Assembly: GCA_038727135.1 (NCBI GenBank)
Contig: JAVYWL010000003.1
Span: 128,001-192,000 of the forward strand
Source of the DNA: Candidatus Bathyarchaeia archaeon
Lineage (GTDB): Archaea > Thermoproteota > Bathyarchaeia > Bathyarchaeales > Bathycorpusculaceae
DNA length: 64,000 nt
Direction of reading: 5' to 3'
The notes beneath the pieces are model-generated. The model did not search any database and was not told the origin of the DNA. It saw nothing but the letters and a program-made list of their open reading frames with translations. The number at the start of each line of letters is the position of its first letter. Position 1 is the first letter of the stretch. Shown piece after piece: positions 60,456 to 64,000 of this stretch. Both the position numbers and the translations under genes were made by a program.

Positions 60456-61824
60456 CTCCTAAAGCCGCCAGCTGCAAGATTATTAGTCTGGATTTTCCTG
60501 GAGCCGTGAAGGTCTCTTTGAAAATGTTAGGCTTGTAATAGGTTAGGAGGGCTAGGGCGGTTATTCTAATGTCTGGTGTTCGTGTCAAGCCGATGGCTAT
60601 TAGGGCGCCTTTTCCGCTGTTATGCCTAAAAGTTGCAGCAGCATAATACCCGTACTCCGGGTGTGATGGATTAGGCGGAATTAAAACTGGATTAAAAACA
60701 GGAGCGTACACTCCAAGGTTATATCGGCTAGTGATACTGTTTTGTACTCCTGGACCTGGAAGCGCTCTGCTTGCGCTTTGTTTTGACGTTGGGTAAATCC
60801 CATAATAGTTAGCGCGATAATAAGCTTCTGATGTGAATTGGACCTGTATGCCATAATCTGCGGTTATATCCTTTGTTATCCATGTTGAATTATAAGCATA
60901 GCTCTCATTGTTTAACCCGCGCAGAAAGGCGTTTAGACCGGCAGCACCAACGCTGACTATTCCGTATATTCCGTAGCCGTTTTGTATATTGTTAAATCTA
61001 TCAGTGTTTGTCACGTAAAAGAATGGGTAGCCAACAATGCTAATCCATTTCCAATTGTACTGCCTAACCTTTTTGCCTAGCGTATGACAGTAAAGAGCAT
61101 AAGAGCGTTGAGAAGAATCATAACTTTGGTTTGCACGGGAGCGTCCTTCTGTATACTCTATTGGGATTGGTACAACTTCGCCGAAGGTGTTTATTATTAT
61201 GGCGTCCGTGACACTTTCTGCTGGTTTTATTGTTAGTTTTATTCCATCCAGTAGGCTGAGCAGCTGGGCTGTGCTGTTCACTAAAACTATCGTTTCGAAA
61301 TATGGTTTAAGAAGGTTGTAGACGTCTTGGGCTAGCATTTGCGCCGTATAGCCAGTAATCCACCATCCGTTGGCATCCGCACAATTCAATATGTATAATG
61401 TTAGGTTTTTGCCACCTTCTGAAATTTTCTGGGCAACAGTTTTGTAGGTGACGTCTGGAGAACTCACCATGTAGGATATGGATTCGGTGAAGGAGACACG
61501 CCCAACAGCGTTGGAAATCGTCCTATTAGGGCGATAAACTCCATTCTCAGTAATTTCATAAACCGTTAGGTTGTAGGCTATGTGGGGCGGGAGGCTTGCT
61601 GAAAGAACCGTTTGGAGCTCATTCCACTTGCTGTCGTCGTTGGAGAAGGCAACCTCGCTTAAATATCCACCAGTGTCGAGGTTTTTAAGAATCGTGAGGG
61701 CTAAAGCCCTTAGATTAAGCGGTGACACAGCCCTAGGTGACGGGAGAACTATAAGATAGGAGGCTATGAAGAAGGCTGAAAGCATTATAATAATGACGAT
61801 TATTGATTCGATAGTCCTCATCAT
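60448..61824 (-). CDS. pilin-like membrane-anchored protein
   Basis: MMRTIE followed by a hydrophobic helix; overlaps the next gene in the operon. Confidence 0.7.
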   Translation of the reverse strand: MMRTIESIIVIIIMLSAFFIASYLIVLPSPRAVSPLNLRALALTILKNLDTGGYLSEVAFSNDDSKWNELQTVLSASLPPHIAYNLTVYEITENGVYRPNRTISNAVGRVSFTESISYMVSSPDVTYKTVAQKISEGGKNLTLYILNCADANGWWITGYTAQMLAQDVYNLLKPYFETIVLVNSTAQLLSLLDGIKLTIKPAESVTDAIIINTFGEVVPIPIEYTEGRSRANQSYDSSQRSYALYCHTLGKKVRQYNWKWISIVGYPFFYVTNTDRFNNIQNGYGIYGIVSVGAAGLNAFLRGLNNESYAYNSTWITKDITADYGIQVQFTSEAYYRANYYGIYPTSKQSASRALPGPGVQNSITSRYNLGVYAPVFNPVLIPPNPSHPEYGYYAAATFRHNSGKGALIAIGLTRTPDIRITALALLTYYKPNIFKETFTAPGKSRLIILQLAALGGV

Positions 61825-61831
61825 GGCTTAT

Positions 61832-63061
61832 TCACCACCTATATCTGACCACTTGATAGCCCATCAAACTCCAGAGGGCAAGCTTCGCCGTGTATGGAAC
61901 ACCGCCAATCAAAACATGCCTAACATCAGTGGCAACCCACTCCCAACCGTACGGGTTACCGCCAAACTCCACACTAAAACTTAAGGATTGAACTTGCCAT
62001 GGCATGACTGTAACGCCATACTCGTTGCCCTTACGGCAAAACACGACAAGAATTCCGGGCATACCAAGGTATTCCGATGGAATTTGGGTTCGGTTGAAGG
62101 TTTTTCCATGAGTGCCTGCGCCATAATTCAATAAGCCGCTATAGTTTCCAAGCAATTGAACATTTGCCAAGTTCCAGTCATTGTCTATGGTGAAGTAGGT
62201 TGCGTTATAAAATATGGCGCCAGAATTGGGCCATTGTTTAACGTCAAAGGAGTGGGCAAGTATTATCATGCCAGTTTCCATGTTCTCAATGAAGGGGATG
62301 ACATTTCCAGCTGTTGTTGAAGCTTGCTTGTATATGTAGCCAACACCATGGAAGTTTCCAACTCTGGTGCTTGCAATAATTACATAGTTTTTGGAGACGT
62401 CAACATTGCTGAAAGTGAATTGCGCTTTGCCGCTCAAGTCTGTAGTTCTTGATGTGCTCCTTAAGTCAATTATTGGATGGCCGTCCGCGTCAACTCCGCT
62501 TACGTAGAGAAGCCTACATGTTACGTTCGCGTTTCCAACGGGTGAGCCAGACCCCTCAATGAAAACCGTGAGACTTATTGATTTTCCGCCACTACCCGTT
62601 TGGATGTTAGTAAAACTTACGCGAATTATCGGAGACAACAATAATCTAAAACCATACATCTCCTTTAAACCCAGCAATTCTTGGGCAGTCTCATAATCAA
62701 TACACTCACGCACAGGAACCAGCAAGTAGTCTCCAGCGCCAAAAGATATGTTGCTATATTTTATTCCCGAACCAAGTGGGTACTCCACAATGGGGCCAGA
62801 GGCGGACAATAACCTCATCACTAGATATGGGTTTAGGGTGTAGGGTTCAAGGTTATAATCGCCCAGTCCGAATACGCCGGGCATGTCCCCGAAGCTAAGC
62901 AGTATGTTGTCAAGGGTGTCGCTGCACTTGGTTGCAAGGTGCACGTGAAATTGGTAGAGGAGAGCGTCGTGCATCACTTGCCCAAATAAGCCCATGAAAA
63001 GGGTGAAAGCCACTATGAGAACAGTTGTTGCGACCAGATGATCAATGGTTGCACTTACCAT
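61832..63061 (-). CDS. pilin-like membrane-anchored protein
   Basis: MVSATID followed by a hydrophobic helix; Ig-like segment (TTDLSGKAQFTF). Confidence 0.7.
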   Translation of the reverse strand: MVSATIDHLVATTVLIVAFTLFMGLFGQVMHDALLYQFHVHLATKCSDTLDNILLSFGDMPGVFGLGDYNLEPYTLNPYLVMRLLSASGPIVEYPLGSGIKYSNISFGAGDYLLVPVRECIDYETAQELLGLKEMYGFRLLLSPIIRVSFTNIQTGSGGKSISLTVFIEGSGSPVGNANVTCRLLYVSGVDADGHPIIDLRSTSRTTDLSGKAQFTFSNVDVSKNYVIIASTRVGNFHGVGYIYKQASTTAGNVIPFIENMETGMIILAHSFDVKQWPNSGAIFYNATYFTIDNDWNLANVQLLGNYSGLLNYGAGTHGKTFNRTQIPSEYLGMPGILVVFCRKGNEYGVTVMPWQVQSLSFSVEFGGNPYGWEWVATDVRHVLIGGVPYTAKLALWSLMGYQVVRYRW

Positions 63062-63547
63062 TTAGCCACCCCCAAAACGGAAATGAAAGGCGCCGTTTGA
63101 ATCCTTTGTCACTTCAACGAAAGCGCTTGTAGAGTTGCTGATAAAAACAGAATTTGAGTCCCAGCTCACGTTAGGTCCGAGAGTAGCATAGGCTGACACC
63201 CTAATGTTTAACCCAACAACAGCCAAGCTAATGTTCAGCCTAGTCGCCCCACCCTCCTTTATGGGCGTTAACTCACCCCTCGCAACATAATGATAGCTAT
63301 CAATGTATTTGGGCAAACCAGGATCAAAAGTTACTGTGCCCGGCGGAATTGACTCATGGTTTAGAGAGAAGTATAACTGTTGAATAGAGTTTGCCAAGCG
63401 ACTGGCAGCCGTCTCCGCCGTAAGCCTCCTTCTGGACTCAACATAGATGTTTGTAAGGGAGATTGCCATCAAAGGGAAGAGGAATATCTGCGCTATCAAA
63501 ATTGGGACCATGATTACATATTCAATTGCCACATGCGGCATGTTCAA
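63062..63547 (-). CDS. minor pilin-like protein
   Basis: MPHVAIEY followed by a hydrophobic helix; probable ATG at 63541 behind GGTGGTGG. Confidence 0.7.
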   Translation of the reverse strand: MNMPHVAIEYVIMVPILIAQIFLFPLMAISLTNIYVESRRRLTAETAASRLANSIQQLYFSLNHESIPPGTVTFDPGLPKYIDSYHYVARGELTPIKEGGATRLNISLAVVGLNIRVSAYATLGPNVSWDSNSVFISNSTSAFVEVTKDSNGAFHFRFGGG

Positions 63548-63555
63548 CCACCACC

Positions 63556-64000
63556 CTATGGATTGACACCAATGGCGACCTCCACCCTACTCAAGTAAAG
63601 AATTACCGTTGAAGAACCGCCCAGATCAATTTCCTTATCAATAATAGTTGTTGGACCTTGAGGCGATTTTGCAAAGAAGCCAGCACCATAAACTGGGGTG
63701 GTTGTTACAACAACCCTAATTTTTGTCGCATTCTTTACGTTGGAAGAGATTTGCCTAGAAGTGAATGTTACTGTGGGGTTGTTTCCCCTAGAACTGGATT
63801 CATACAATATTGGAAGGTAGAGCCTAAACTGCTTCTTTCCTGAAACATTCGCTTCCGCAATCCTTATGCAGGGATTCAAAATTAGCCTCACAAATGAACC
63901 TGTTGACAGCTTTTCGATGGCATAAACCCTTGCAACGGGTGCTGTGGCTCCGTTAAATATGAAACAATCAGCCAGAGAACTATCGGTCGGATATATTGGC
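63556..64000 (-). CDS. hypothetical beta-rich protein of the pilus locus, partial (5' end outside window)
   Basis: The frame of ORF 63556-63891 stays open to the window edge. Confidence 0.7.
   Translation of the reverse strand, partial: PIYPTDSSLADCFIFNGATAPVARVYAIEKLSTGSFVRLILNPCIRIAEANVSGKKQFRLYLPILYESSSRGNNPTVTFTSRQISSNVKNATKIRVVVTTTPVYGAGFFAKSPQGPTTIIDKEIDLGGSSTVILYLSRVEVAIGVNP

Overview
This is an archaeal chromosomal segment, most consistent with Candidatus Bathyarchaeia (inferred from gene content: Cdv/ESCRT-III genes, a complete CdhABCDE ACDS operon with two CooC and a CooT, ribosomal protein eL38, bacterial-type PfkA and class II aldolase, CofE). From left to right it holds: a cdvB-like/cdvA/cdvB-like cluster; an unannotated C/D-box sRNA whose D' guide matches the 23S rRNA peptidyl-transferase loop; a ~4.4 kb integrase-bearing element of small RHH and Cys-rich genes containing a perfect 48-bp palindrome flanked by mirror-image AC/GT low-complexity arms; Lhr helicase; a membrane-bound wHTH regulator with a secreted protein; Moco genes; orc1/cdc6; a sugar cluster with two PFKs; SRP RNA; two toxin-antitoxin pairs; a presenilin-like protease; the Wood-Ljungdahl carbonyl branch; tandem deoxyhypusine-synthase paralogs; a probable cofD remnant; and a type IV pilus-like locus with several apparently leaderless pilin-like proteins that runs off the right edge. 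All calls come from motif reading by eye; no searches were run.
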